Positions 1 to 10,400 of a stretch of 40,504 nucleotides of DNA are shown here, one piece after another. The notes below the pieces were generated by a model that saw nothing but the letters and a program-made list of their open reading frames with translations, was not told the origin of the DNA and ran no database searches. Numbering within the stretch: the stretch's first letter is position 1; each line of letters opens with the position of its first letter. The stretch comes from a virus (Duplodnaviria; Caudoviricetes). The position numbers and the translations under genes were made by a program. The DNA is taken from positions 1 through 40,504 of IMG/VR virus record IMGVR_UViG_3300024325_000007; one strand, 5' to 3'.

Positions 1-3
1 CTC

Positions 4-3000
4 GTGGTGAGAGAGCGCATCGAAGTCCCGTCGTTGGTGCATGGCATCTCGCAACTGCCGGCACCGATGCGCTCGCCCGCGCACGCCGAGAGCGAGGTGA
101 ACTGCTGGCCCACCGTCGAACACGGCCTGACCAAGCGCCCGCCGCTCGTCTGGGTCGGCAAGGTCAAGTCATCGACGTTCGGCACGTCGCCGTTCACCGG
201 CAAGATCGACCGAGGCCCGGATGAGCAGTACATCTTCCTCGCCAAGCTGTTCGATGCGTCTGGATCGGGCGCTGGATCTGCGCTGCTCTTCGATCTCGCG
301 GCCAACGTCTATCTGATCCAGGACAACCTCGTCCCCACGAATCCCAGCGCGTTCCTGTACCTCGGGATCAACTCGACCGACGTGGCGGCAGGACTGCTCA
401 CGAAGTCGGCTGAGCACATCCGCGCGCTGTCGGTGTTCGATTCGGCCTACATCGTGAACCGGCGTCAGTCGCCGACGATGAGCGGCTCGGTCTACTCGCC
501 CACGCGGCCGAAGGGTCACGCCTACGTCTTCATCAAGACGGGCAACTACGGTCTCAAGTACACGATCTCGTTCAAGATCGGCGGGACGACGTACACCTGC
601 TCGGCGCACACGCATGATGCAATCGGCGGGCTGTCATTCCCGGCTGGAACGACCGGCAGCGCAACGGATTACGGCACTGGCTACGACGGAACGGACGGGT
701 ACAAGGTCTGGGACTTCGGCAACGCGAACTATCCCGGCGACGCCGGCAAGCCGTTCAAGGTCAGCGCGAAGACGCAGGACATCGCGCACAACCTGGAGGA
801 CAAGCTCAACTCGGTCCTCTACGGCGGAGTCACGGCACTTGGCTCGATTGCGGCCAATGTCGCGGCCTCTCCGGTGACGGCGACGCGCATGGCGGCTGCG
901 ACGGGCGAGTCGGGCGCTGTCATCAAAATTGTCATCAAGGCCGCGAACACGGACTTCGACAACTTCTCGGTCACGACATCGCAGGGCGACGTGTACGCCT
1001 ACGCGATCTGGAACGAGATCGACAGTAAGAACGATCTGCCGCTGTTCTGCACGCACGATTACGTCGTCAAGGTCAAGGGCGCGATCTCTAGCCCCGACGA
1101 CGATTTCTACGTGAAGTTCGTCGCGGATCAGGGATCGGGCGTCTTCGGCAAGGGCGATTGGGCCGAGTGCCCACAGCCTGCCGATCCGGCCGCAGCGTCA
1201 GCGTTCCCCATCGCGATCTCGGACGTGACGACGCCGCACAAGCTCACGCGGCACACGGACGACGGTGCTGGTACGGTCACGGGAACGGCGTTCAAGCGGT
1301 ACTTCACGTTCGACCCGGTGACGTGGGATCAGATCGTGGCGGGCGACGCGGAGAGCAATCCGAAGTCGGTCTGCATCGACTCGTCGCGGCACGTCATGGA
1401 CATCGTGGAGTTCATCGACCGCATCTGCTGGCTGTACGAGGACGGGATTCTCGCGAGCGAGCAGGGAGAGCACCTCAACTATTTCCGCACGAGCGTCCGG
1501 TCGATACTCGACAAAGACCCAATCGACACGAAGTTCACGGCCGATCAGAGCGGGACGTTCCACTCCGCGATCCTGATGGCTGGACAGCTCGTGATCTTCG
1601 GCAAGGAATCGCAGATCGCGTTCCGTGGGACTCCGGTTCTCACGCCGACGACGTACGAAGGGCCGCAAGTCGCGAAGAATGGCAACGTCACAACGGCGCG
1701 TCCTGCGACGTTCCGCAACGGCGTCACTTTCGGGATGGATTTTGGCACGTACATCGGGCTCGGCCACCTCACGCCGTCGAGCAGCGATCAAAACGTGTTC
1801 GACGCGACTGACTTGACGCAGCACGCATCGGCGTTCATCACCGCGCCGCTGCGGCAAATCGAGATCAACGCGAACAGCTCGATCACGGCGGTTCGCGGCG
1901 GATCGACGGACACGATCCACGTCCTCAAACAGCACCGCGAGGGCGATGAGATCCGTCAGTCGGCGTGGTTCTCGTTCACGCTCCCAGGGGCCACGATCCT
2001 CGGGATGCACTTCTTCGGGACGAAGCTCTACATCGTCACGGAGCACACGTCGCTGGACACGGCGATCACGTTCACGGCGATCTCGAATGGAACGGAGAAC
2101 GGCCTTGCGCGTCTGAGCAACGGAACGGTCGTCTCCTGGGGATGGAACCGCTGGGGAGAGAGCACGGTCCCGAGTTTTGGCGTGCTCACTTGCACGGCCA
2201 TCGACTCCAGCAAGGCGAACCTCTCGGCTCCGACCGACATGGGGCACTCGCTGTTCCTGATGAGCAACGGGACGGTTCTGTGCGCTGGGAACAACGTGAA
2301 GCTCCAGGCTCCGACGACGCCGCAGACGGCTGGCGTCGGGCGCACGTACACGAAGATCGCGGCTGGCGGCAAGCACTCGATTGCGCTGCGCGACAACGGC
2401 ACGGTCGCGTGCTGGGGAGACAATTTCTTCGGTCAGGCTCCGCCTGCTGGGCAAGTTGCCACGACGCACACGCACATCGACGCCGGGCTCTATCACAGCG
2501 CCGCGCGCAAGAGCGACGGAAGCATCGTCGTCTGGGGACCGACTCTCGGAACCATCGGCTACGACGTGCTGACGGTGCCGGTGCTCACTGGCGGCCTCAC
2601 GTACACGGACGTGAAGTGCGGCGGACGGCATTGCATCGGGCTCGTCTCCGATGGCTCGGTGCGCTGCTGGGGATCGAACACGAGCGGGCAATGCACGATC
2701 CCGGCGTTTGGCGGGCTCACAGCGGTCAAGATCGAAGCCGGAGAGTCGCACTCGCTCGCGCTGATGAGCGACGGAACGATCAAGACGTGGGGCTTCTCGT
2801 CGAACGGGCTGGGCACGGTGCCGACGCTGCCTGCCGGCAAGACGTACACGGAGATCGCTGGCGGCTGGGACCACTCCAGCGCGATTCGCAGCGACGGCGT
2901 GATCGTCTGCTGGGGCGGCGTCGGAGCGCATGGGCAGCTCAGCCCGCCTTCGCCTTTCGGATCTGCCGCAACGGTCGGCGTCCACCTCGGCTACATCGAC

Positions 3001-3633
3001 CTCTCGCCTGGCATCGACGACAACGGGCGCGACTACTGGCTGCACCTGGATCGCCGCGTCACGAACTCGACCAGCGGTGTGTCCATCGTCGCTGCGGCAG
3101 GAGTCTCGACGGTTACTGTGCCGTACGACATCGAAGCCAACACGCAGATGGAGCTTGTGGCGTTCGGAGCGATCCCGGCATTTTCACCTGCCGGAACACC
3201 GGCCAGCGTCTCGCGCTACATCGGCACGGTCAGTGGGCTCAACACGTTCACCGTGCAGGTCGATCTCACTGGACTTACCTGGGTCGCCGGGAAGAAGTAC
3301 ACCTGCACGCACAACTTCCACAAGCCGCAGGTGATGGAGGACGCGCGCACTGGACAGCGACTCGTGCTCGACCAGACGAGCAGCGTGATCCAACTCGCGG
3401 TGCGCTACGAACGCACGAGCTACCTAGAACTCTACGTCGGCTCGGACGTGACGAGCATCGGCGACGCGACGACGGCTTTCCAAGGCCCGCTCAGCGATCA
3501 AATCACGGCCGGAATCGGGCAGCGGCTCGAAGCGCCGTGGACGGTGTATGTGTCCAACCCAACCCCTTTCCCGCACTCAATCGTCTCGGCCGAATGGCTC
3601 CTGAATGTCGTGAAACGATCCCAGCCGGTCTGA
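4..3633 (+). CDS. Tail tubular protein B / nozzle (T7 gp12-like) with an inserted RCC1-repeat beta-propeller
   Basis: N-terminus SLVHGISQLP..R...EVNCWPTVEHGLTKRPP resembles T7 gp12 (LKGGISQQP..R...QVNGW....GLQKRPP). Also has NYFRTSV...DKDPID, QSAW and HLDRR motifs. Seven RCC1-like repeats at about nt 2050-2975. Confidence 0.9.
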   Translation: MVRERIEVPSLVHGISQLPAPMRSPAHAESEVNCWPTVEHGLTKRPPLVWVGKVKSSTFGTSPFTGKIDRGPDEQYIFLAKLFDASGSGAGSALLFDLAANVYLIQDNLVPTNPSAFLYLGINSTDVAAGLLTKSAEHIRALSVFDSAYIVNRRQSPTMSGSVYSPTRPKGHAYVFIKTGNYGLKYTISFKIGGTTYTCSAHTHDAIGGLSFPAGTTGSATDYGTGYDGTDGYKVWDFGNANYPGDAGKPFKVSAKTQDIAHNLEDKLNSVLYGGVTALGSIAANVAASPVTATRMAAATGESGAVIKIVIKAANTDFDNFSVTTSQGDVYAYAIWNEIDSKNDLPLFCTHDYVVKVKGAISSPDDDFYVKFVADQGSGVFGKGDWAECPQPADPAAASAFPIAISDVTTPHKLTRHTDDGAGTVTGTAFKRYFTFDPVTWDQIVAGDAESNPKSVCIDSSRHVMDIVEFIDRICWLYEDGILASEQGEHLNYFRTSVRSILDKDPIDTKFTADQSGTFHSAILMAGQLVIFGKESQIAFRGTPVLTPTTYEGPQVAKNGNVTTARPATFRNGVTFGMDFGTYIGLGHLTPSSSDQNVFDATDLTQHASAFITAPLRQIEINANSSITAVRGGSTDTIHVLKQHREGDEIRQSAWFSFTLPGATILGMHFFGTKLYIVTEHTSLDTAITFTAISNGTENGLARLSNGTVVSWGWNRWGESTVPSFGVLTCTAIDSSKANLSAPTDMGHSLFLMSNGTVLCAGNNVKLQAPTTPQTAGVGRTYTKIAAGGKHSIALRDNGTVACWGDNFFGQAPPAGQVATTHTHIDAGLYHSAARKSDGSIVVWGPTLGTIGYDVLTVPVLTGGLTYTDVKCGGRHCIGLVSDGSVRCWGSNTSGQCTIPAFGGLTAVKIEAGESHSLALMSDGTIKTWGFSSNGLGTVPTLPAGKTYTEIAGGWDHSSAIRSDGVIVCWGGVGAHGQLSPPSPFGSAATVGVHLGYIDLSPGIDDNGRDYWLHLDRRVTNSTSGVSIVAAAGVSTVTVPYDIEANTQMELVAFGAIPAFSPAGTPASVSRYIGTVSGLNTFTVQVDLTGLTWVAGKKYTCTHNFHKPQVMEDARTGQRLVLDQTSSVIQLAVRYERTSYLELYVGSDVTSIGDATTAFQGPLSDQITAGIGQRLEAPWTVYVSNPTPFPHSIVSAEWLLNVVKRSQPV

Positions 3634-4064
3634 CTCTGACGCCTTCAACGGCAGAGTCGGTCGCGTGGACCCTGAGCCTGCTCGATGACGAATCGAGCGG
3701 GGATAGGGAGGCTCTCGCCGATGCGAAGGGCTACATCGCGTGGCTTGGCGATCCGGCCGAGATGCTTCCAATTGCGCTGGCTGGCATCAAGAACGATCCG
3801 GGGCAGCGTGGCGCGCGAGCGTGGATGGTGACGACGACGCTACTCCAGGCGCACAAGGCTCACCGCCATCTGATTCGTGCGATGCGGTTCATGCTCGGGA
3901 GAGCGGTGCTGGAACGTGGCTACGTGTGGGGGACGGTGATGCGCGCACACTCGACCGTGCGGATTCTCGATCTGCTCGGCGCAGAGTTCCGCGTCATGCA
4001 CGCCGACGATGTTGAGTGCGTGTGGAGTCTGACCGTCAACCGCAAGCTGTGGAGGACGATCTGA
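3594..4064 (+). CDS. T7 gp13-like internal virion protein A (GNAT-like fold)
   Basis: C-terminal part of the 1965..4064 frame, from ATG 3594. Lies between the gp12- and gp14-like genes. AWMVTT and RILDLLGAEF recall gp13-family motifs. Its stop overlaps the next ATG (TGATG). Confidence 0.65.
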   Translation: MAPECRETIPAGLTLTPSTAESVAWTLSLLDDESSGDREALADAKGYIAWLGDPAEMLPIALAGIKNDPGQRGARAWMVTTTLLQAHKAHRHLIRAMRFMLGRAVLERGYVWGTVMRAHSTVRILDLLGAEFRVMHADDVECVWSLTVNRKLWRTI

Positions 4065-4714
4065 TGGTGGTGTGGATTCCCTTGGTTCTTGCAGCCGCGC
4101 AGGGCCTCAACAGCGGGCTCGCGAAGGACGCCGCGTATCGCGCTCAGAAGCGCGCACAAAACCGCTTCGACCGCCAGAATCGCGAGTTCACGAACGCGGA
4201 CCTGATCGCTGGCTACGGCGCGCTGACGATGCACCGTCTCCAGCAGCGCCGCCAGTTCGCGGACACCCTCGATCAACTCACGCGCCAGTCGGGGCAGCGC
4301 ATCGCGACGGCTTCGGTCAGCGCGGCGCAGTCAGGCGTCAAGGGCAATACGGTCGATGCCGTGCTCAACGACTTCAAACGCATTCAGCTTGAGAGCGAGC
4401 AGAACATCCTCGACACGGAAGAGTACGCGCAGGCGCAGTACACGCAGGAAGTCGAGTCGATGCGCAGCCAGGCGCACTCGCGGCTTGTCGCCGGCCAGAT
4501 GGGGCAGATCCAGCGCCCGAACTACATGCAGGAGTTCGTGAACTTCACCACGGCTGCGCTCCAGGCGTTCGACTACGAGCGGCAGTTCAAGAACAAGTAC
4601 CCGACCGAGGGGCTTGGCGGTGGATACGGCAGTGGCCCGTACGGAGCGCACGGTCAGCCGCCGTCGCAGATCGTCTCCCTGCCCGGCCCGTCAGCGCCGG
4701 TGATCCCTTACTGA
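4064..4714 (+). CDS. Internal virion protein (T7 gp14-like ejection protein)
   Basis: ATG 4064 is coupled to the upstream stop. Hydrophobic N-terminus, Ala/Gln-rich helix and SAAQSGVKGNTVD motif typical of gp14-like proteins; synteny fits. Confidence 0.75.
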   Translation: MVVWIPLVLAAAQGLNSGLAKDAAYRAQKRAQNRFDRQNREFTNADLIAGYGALTMHRLQQRRQFADTLDQLTRQSGQRIATASVSAAQSGVKGNTVDAVLNDFKRIQLESEQNILDTEEYAQAQYTQEVESMRSQAHSRLVAGQMGQIQRPNYMQEFVNFTTAALQAFDYERQFKNKYPTEGLGGGYGSGPYGAHGQPPSQIVSLPGPSAPVIPY

Positions 4715-4715
4715 C

Positions 4716-7400
4716 ATGCGCTACCAAGTCCAAGAGCCGGGGGTGGCAGGAGTCGAGCCGCAAGCGCGTCCGACCGATCAGTTCGTGCGCGCGAAGTACA
4801 TCCCGCCCGAGCTGCGCGAGTTGGCCGATCTGCGCCAGTTCAGTCCGACGCTCAACGCATTCTTCCAGGCTGCGCACGAGGACGAGGTGCAGCGCCAGAT
4901 TGCAGCAGGCGAGGCGTCGGTCGCGCTCAAGCGCCCGTTCGGCTCTCCAATCGCGTACACGCCGAAGGAGGAGGCCAACCGCAAGCAGGTCGAGGGGCTC
5001 GTCAACAGAGGCGAACTGGCGCGCTCGAACAGTCCGTACTTCCGTCTCGGGCAAGTCTCGATGGAGGCTCAGCGCGCGGTGCTGAATCTGCAAGATCACG
5101 CGCTCTCTGAGGACACGCTGCGCGCGATGAGCGTGCAGACCGACGAGAACGGGAACCTGTCGTTGAATCACGCCGACATCGACGGCGAGTTGGATCGCAT
5201 GTCCGGGGAGTTTCTCAACATCCCGGCGATGGCGAACCCGTACGCGAAGAAGGTCGCAATCGACATGCTCCAGGGCGTGCGGGCGAAGTTCCACACGGCG
5301 GTTTCGGCGCGGCGTGACCAGGAGGCGCAGCAGTACACCGAAGCTGAAACGTCGCGGCTGCTCGTCGGGCGCATGACCGAGCTGTACGGGCTCAAGCAGG
5401 ACACGACTGACCAGGGGCGGAAGCTGTACGACGACGCATTCATCGGCTTCGATTCCGAGCGCGTCCGCATGACGATCAAGCCCGGCCTCGCCGATCCGAA
5501 GGGCACGTTCCGCAACGCGGCGCGCTCGTTTGCGATGTCGATGGCGGAGTCGGGGCACGGCCAAGAGGGCATCGACTTCATTCGCGAGTTCAAGATCGGC
5601 GACAAGACGACGATTGGAAACGACACGTCGGAGGATGGGGTCAAGTTCAGGCTGGTGCTGGACCAGATGGAAGAGGACTACCAGCACGACGCTGACCGCA
5701 TGGAGGAGCGCAAGGATCGCAAGATTCACAACGAGCGCCGAGACGCGCTGATGGCGTTCGATCAGCAGATTGCGCAGGAAGATTGGGTCGGGAGTCCGCT
5801 TGGAGCAAAGCAGCGTCTTCGCGCCGCCGCCGAGGCGAGCAATTCTCCGTACGAGTCGGACTACATCGACGCGATTGAGAAGCGGTACGCGAACGAACTG
5901 AAAGCCATCGCGCCGGATCCTCGCGTGGACGAGGAAGTGCAGCGTCGGCTCAACAAGGAAGGCCCGGACGCGACGAAGGCCTGGCTCGACACGAAGGCGG
6001 ATGCTGGCGAGATTCCGTGGACGCAGGCGAACGCGCAGAAGGCCGTCGTTGACGACGCGCACGCGAAGTACGCCTCGACGCAGGAAGTGAAGGACATGCG
6101 CTCGTCCATCGGCTCGCTCGTCGGGACGATGACGCAGGGGCGCTCGACGGACGCGCAGCAGGATCTTGAGCGGTTCCGCGACGAGACGATTGACGCGGCG
6201 CTGACTCAGATTCGAGTCGATGTTGGCAAGCTTCCGCCGGAGGATGCTGCCGGTCGTTCTGCTGCGGTGGCGAAGGCTCTCAATGACGCCAAGGCGACGA
6301 TCAAAACGAAGGCTGACGGACTTCGCGAGGCGCAGCGCAACCTGGAGAATGTGCGGCGCGAGCGGAACGAAAAGGGCGTCTCGGTTCGCGGGTTGATCCT
6401 GACGGCTTCGCGCGCAGGCGTGATCGACACGGCGCAGACGGACAAGTTTTTGGCCGACGACGACGCGCTGACGAATCCTGTCTCGTATCTCAAGAGCGCC
6501 GACGTTTCAAACGCCGTGTCCGGTGCGTTCGGCGGCGTCGATCTGTCGCTGATCCGTGCCGGGCTCGTCGCCGACGTTCGCGGGCTGGCGCAGAAAGAGG
6601 TGCGCGACTTCTACCGTGAGAACCGTGGCAAGATGAGCCCGGACGACTTCAATCTCGCGTTCACGACATGGGCGCAGACTGATCTTGCTCAGAAGCTCTT
6701 GAGCGCGGCTGGAACGACCGACGAGAGCCAGGCCGAGGGCGTGACCTCTCAGGGCGAGCGCGTGCGCAAGGGGCTCTCCACGGAGCCCGAGGCCGCGCAG
6801 ATCCGACTCGACCAAGCCGAAGGCCAGGCGCTTCGCCAAGGCATCAAGGCGCTCCAGAGCGGCAATCCCGACGATCTCCGAATCAAGGCGCAGGCGGCGT
6901 GGACGGTTCCCAAGGAACTCGGCGTCAAGCTGCCCGCCGTCAAGATGATGGCCGAGTCGTTCGGCGTGTCGGCTGTCGGCGTGCGCGAGGCGCGGACTGC
7001 TGCGCGCGAAGCGTTCGGGCGAGTGCCGTTCGAGAAAGCCATCGCTGGCGACGAGGCGAAGCAAGTCGAGGCGCGCAAGATCCTGATGAAGACTGGATTC
7101 CCGTCGCCGGAAGAGATGCTGCGCGGGTCGATCCAAGTCGGCACCGAGCAAGTTCCTGTCGATCCCAAGGACGTGAACGCCTGGACCCAATCGTTCTTTC
7201 ACAACCGCGCGAGCTTCGATGCGTGGCTGGCGAAGGAAGGCACCGGCCAACTCGCCGCGCTCGCGAAACGCTATGGCGTTGACGTGAGCAACCCGGCAGA
7301 GTTCAAGGCATGGAAGGCAACGCAGGCTGCGCTGATTGAGGGCGCGTCATTCACTCGGCCGCAGCCCGACTACGTGCCCGCAGGATTCTTCGAGCAATGA
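4716..7400 (+). CDS. Internal virion protein (T7 gp15-like)
   Basis: 894 aa, alpha-helical composition, between the gp14-like and gp16-like genes. Called mainly on synteny. Confidence 0.65.
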   Translation: MRYQVQEPGVAGVEPQARPTDQFVRAKYIPPELRELADLRQFSPTLNAFFQAAHEDEVQRQIAAGEASVALKRPFGSPIAYTPKEEANRKQVEGLVNRGELARSNSPYFRLGQVSMEAQRAVLNLQDHALSEDTLRAMSVQTDENGNLSLNHADIDGELDRMSGEFLNIPAMANPYAKKVAIDMLQGVRAKFHTAVSARRDQEAQQYTEAETSRLLVGRMTELYGLKQDTTDQGRKLYDDAFIGFDSERVRMTIKPGLADPKGTFRNAARSFAMSMAESGHGQEGIDFIREFKIGDKTTIGNDTSEDGVKFRLVLDQMEEDYQHDADRMEERKDRKIHNERRDALMAFDQQIAQEDWVGSPLGAKQRLRAAAEASNSPYESDYIDAIEKRYANELKAIAPDPRVDEEVQRRLNKEGPDATKAWLDTKADAGEIPWTQANAQKAVVDDAHAKYASTQEVKDMRSSIGSLVGTMTQGRSTDAQQDLERFRDETIDAALTQIRVDVGKLPPEDAAGRSAAVAKALNDAKATIKTKADGLREAQRNLENVRRERNEKGVSVRGLILTASRAGVIDTAQTDKFLADDDALTNPVSYLKSADVSNAVSGAFGGVDLSLIRAGLVADVRGLAQKEVRDFYRENRGKMSPDDFNLAFTTWAQTDLAQKLLSAAGTTDESQAEGVTSQGERVRKGLSTEPEAAQIRLDQAEGQALRQGIKALQSGNPDDLRIKAQAAWTVPKELGVKLPAVKMMAESFGVSAVGVREARTAAREAFGRVPFEKAIAGDEAKQVEARKILMKTGFPSPEEMLRGSIQVGTEQVPVDPKDVNAWTQSFFHNRASFDAWLAKEGTGQLAALAKRYGVDVSNPAEFKAWKATQAALIEGASFTRPQPDYVPAGFFEQ

Positions 7401-10400
7401 GCGAATACGACGATCTCCTGAAAGGCGTCTACTCCGGCGAGTTCGACACTCCCGACGAGCAGGCTCAGAAGCCGAAGCCTGCGAAGGGTAACGCGCTCAC
7501 TCCTCCCGACGAGGGCGTGACGTTCGGGATGGCGGCGCGCGACACGGCGCTGTTCATCCCTCGCGGGATCGAGGGCGCTGTGCGCTCGACCTACGGGCTG
7601 CTTGACACGCTCACGTTGGACGCGCTGCCCGACTACAAGGAGAACTTCCTCGGTCGGAGCGAAACGATTGTCGGCGGGCTGGCCGAGGGCATCGTGCAGT
7701 TCGGAGCTGGGTTTGCCGCCCTCGGAGGCGCGCTCGGCGCAGTCGCGAAGGGCGTCAAGGGCGCGGAGTTCCTGCTCGGGGCCGAAGGCGGGCTAAGTGC
7801 GGCGGGCAACATCGTGGCTGGCGCGGCGACGCAGTTCACCGTGTTCGACGGGCAGAGCGGGCGGCTTGCGGATCTCGTGGCGCGGATCCCTGGTCTCGAA
7901 GAGCCGATGAACCGCTACCTGTCCTTCACGCTCACGAAGGAAGAGGACGGCGAACTGCTCGGGCGCATGAAGAACGCGCTCGAAGGCGCTGGCGTCGGGG
8001 CAGCGTTCGACGGGATCTTCAAGGGCGTGCGCTGGCTCAAGAAGGTCAAGGAAGCCGAGGCCGCTGGCAAGACGGTGCCGGAAGCCGTCGAGCACGCCAA
8101 TCGCTCTGTGGGCTCGCTGGAGAGCGTCCAGAATGATCTGGCGCAGTTGGATGACTTGCGGGACTCGCCCAACCCGTTCACGCAGGAGAAGGTGAACGAG
8201 GCGCTGAGCCAGAGCCGCACGGTCGGACGCGCATTCTTCAACTCGGACGCGACGCCTGACCCGGCGCAGGGCGCTCGCTTCGTGCCGCTGGCTGAGGCTG
8301 CTGAAGGGCAGGCTCCGACCGCCTTCCTGTCCAAGTACCGCACGCTGCTCGACAACCCGCAGTCCACGGTCGAGTTCAACGCGGACGGCACGGTGCGCGT
8401 CGGGGTGACGCTCAACGCCGAGCAGGCTGCGATGCCTGAGATCGCCGAGCGGTTGAACGCTCTGCGCGAGTCGGAGACGCCTGGCGGTCTGGGGCGCAAG
8501 GCGAGCGCTGTGCTGAGCGAGCCGATGCCGGGCGTGGTCAAGAATCTGCCCAAGGAAGAGGCCGCGCCGAACCTCGGCCTGTTCACTCAGATCGGTTTCA
8601 GCGAGGCGCACGCTGCGAGCACGCTCAAGAACCTCGGGATCGAGTTCGCCAAGCGCGAGGGAGCCGACGCTGGCTGGAACATCAAGATCAACGCGCCGGT
8701 CGAGGGCGTGTCGGACGTGCCGCTCCTGTTCCCGGTCAAGGCTGGCGAGAACCCGCGCGCGATGTCGGCACTGGAGCGCACCGAACGCGCCATCGACCTC
8801 AAGGACGTGAATCTCGACACGACTGTCGGCCTGGGCGTCGAGAAGGTGCTGCGCGTCGCCGAGACGATGACCAAGGCGGCGTTCCTGCACGACTTCCCCG
8901 AGGCGGGCGGGCAGAAGATCACCGAGTTCCTGAAAGCGACGGACGCGCAGAGAGCGCGGCTCAACGGATCTGCCGAGACGCTGCCGGAGCTGTCGATGAT
9001 GGCGCAGCAGGGCGGCAAGGCGCACGCGCAGAACATCATGCAGGCGGCGTTCGCCGAGCGGGCGTACATGATTACGGCGTCGGCGCTGGCCGAGCAGAAC
9101 AAGGCCCGTGCGCTCCAGTTGTTCGCAGAGCTTGAGAAGGGGCCTGCGGCGAAGATCAGCAACATCGAGCGCGCGATCTACGTCGAGCACTTGGGATCCA
9201 TCGGCGACCTCGTGATTGCTTCGCGGGCGATCCGCAACGCCTGGGGCAAGGCCGGGCGTTTTATGCAGGAGACCATCTCGGATCTGCCGAAGACGCCCAA
9301 GCGCGCCACGGCGATGGAGATGCGCGCCGACCCGGACGTGGTGAACAAGATCATCCGCGACGCCGGGGGCGTGGAAGCCATCGACGCGATGGTTCGCAAC
9401 ATGGCGCGGCTCGGGACGGATCGCTCGATTGAGTCGATCTCGGCCATGCTCAAGGTGGCTGAAACCGCCAAGGCCACGAGGATCTTCGCGGCGACGCTCG
9501 AAGGCTGGTTCGGCGCGCTGCTCTCCAGCTTCCGCACGCTCGACATGAACGCGGCTGGCAACCTCTTTGGGGCGCTCTACCAGCCTCTTGAGCGAGCCAT
9601 CTCGGCCAAGGTCGCGCAGCAGTTCGCGAGCACGCCTGCGCAAGCCCAGGAGCTACAGCGGGCCTTCCAGGTCTCGGTCGGAACCTACGCCGACATGTGG
9701 GCCTCGATGTCCGAGGCGCTGCATATCGGCAAGCAGTCGTTCAAGCTGAACCGACGGATCACCGATCCGATGTCCGGGCCGCTCGAAGGGACGCAGCGAC
9801 GCGCGTTCTCGGCCGAGTCCATCGGTGCCGATCCTGGCAAGGGCGTGTTCGGGAAGCTCGGAGCGGTCGATCCAAACAGCGCGGTCGGGCAGACCATCAA
9901 CGCCACCGGATACATGCTCAACCTGCCGCTGCGCGTCCTGCGCGGGACCGACGACGGCGTGAAGCAGCTTGTCGCACGGGGCTACGCCCGCTCGTACATC
10001 CGCCAGCAGCTCATCGCCGAGGGCAAGACAGCGCCGAACATGCTCCAGAAGGCGGTCGAGGCCAAGCTGGACAAGGTGATCGTGGACGGTCAGATCCTCT
10101 CTGTCCGGGCCGCGCGCACGCGATTTGAGCAGCAGGCGCTCACCGAGGGCTACGACGGCTTCCACGCGCTCCAGCGCTCGGAGAACCTCCTCGCCGAATA
10201 CCTCCAGTCGCCGGAGTGGCAGGAGTTCTCGCCGATTGCGAATCAGGCGCGGACGCTTTCGCGCGAGGCGACGTACACGACCGAGCAGCGTGCCTACGAC
10301 GCCTCGACTGGCAAAGCGATCCCGTCTGTGACCGCCGACTTCGCGGACCTCATCGGCCGTCACCCCGGCATGAAGTTCGTCTCGCCGTTCGTGAATACGC

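Noticed and set aside
2050-2975. RCC1 repeats as a DGR target or CRISPR-like array
   Set aside because: Repeats are at the protein level only. No reverse transcriptase, template/variable repeat pair or spaced identical DNA repeats were seen.
1965-3593. 699-aa ORF overlapping the nozzle gene
   Set aside because: The N-terminal ~540 aa are an Arg/Ala-rich shadow frame of high-GC DNA; only the part from ATG 3594 looks like a real protein.
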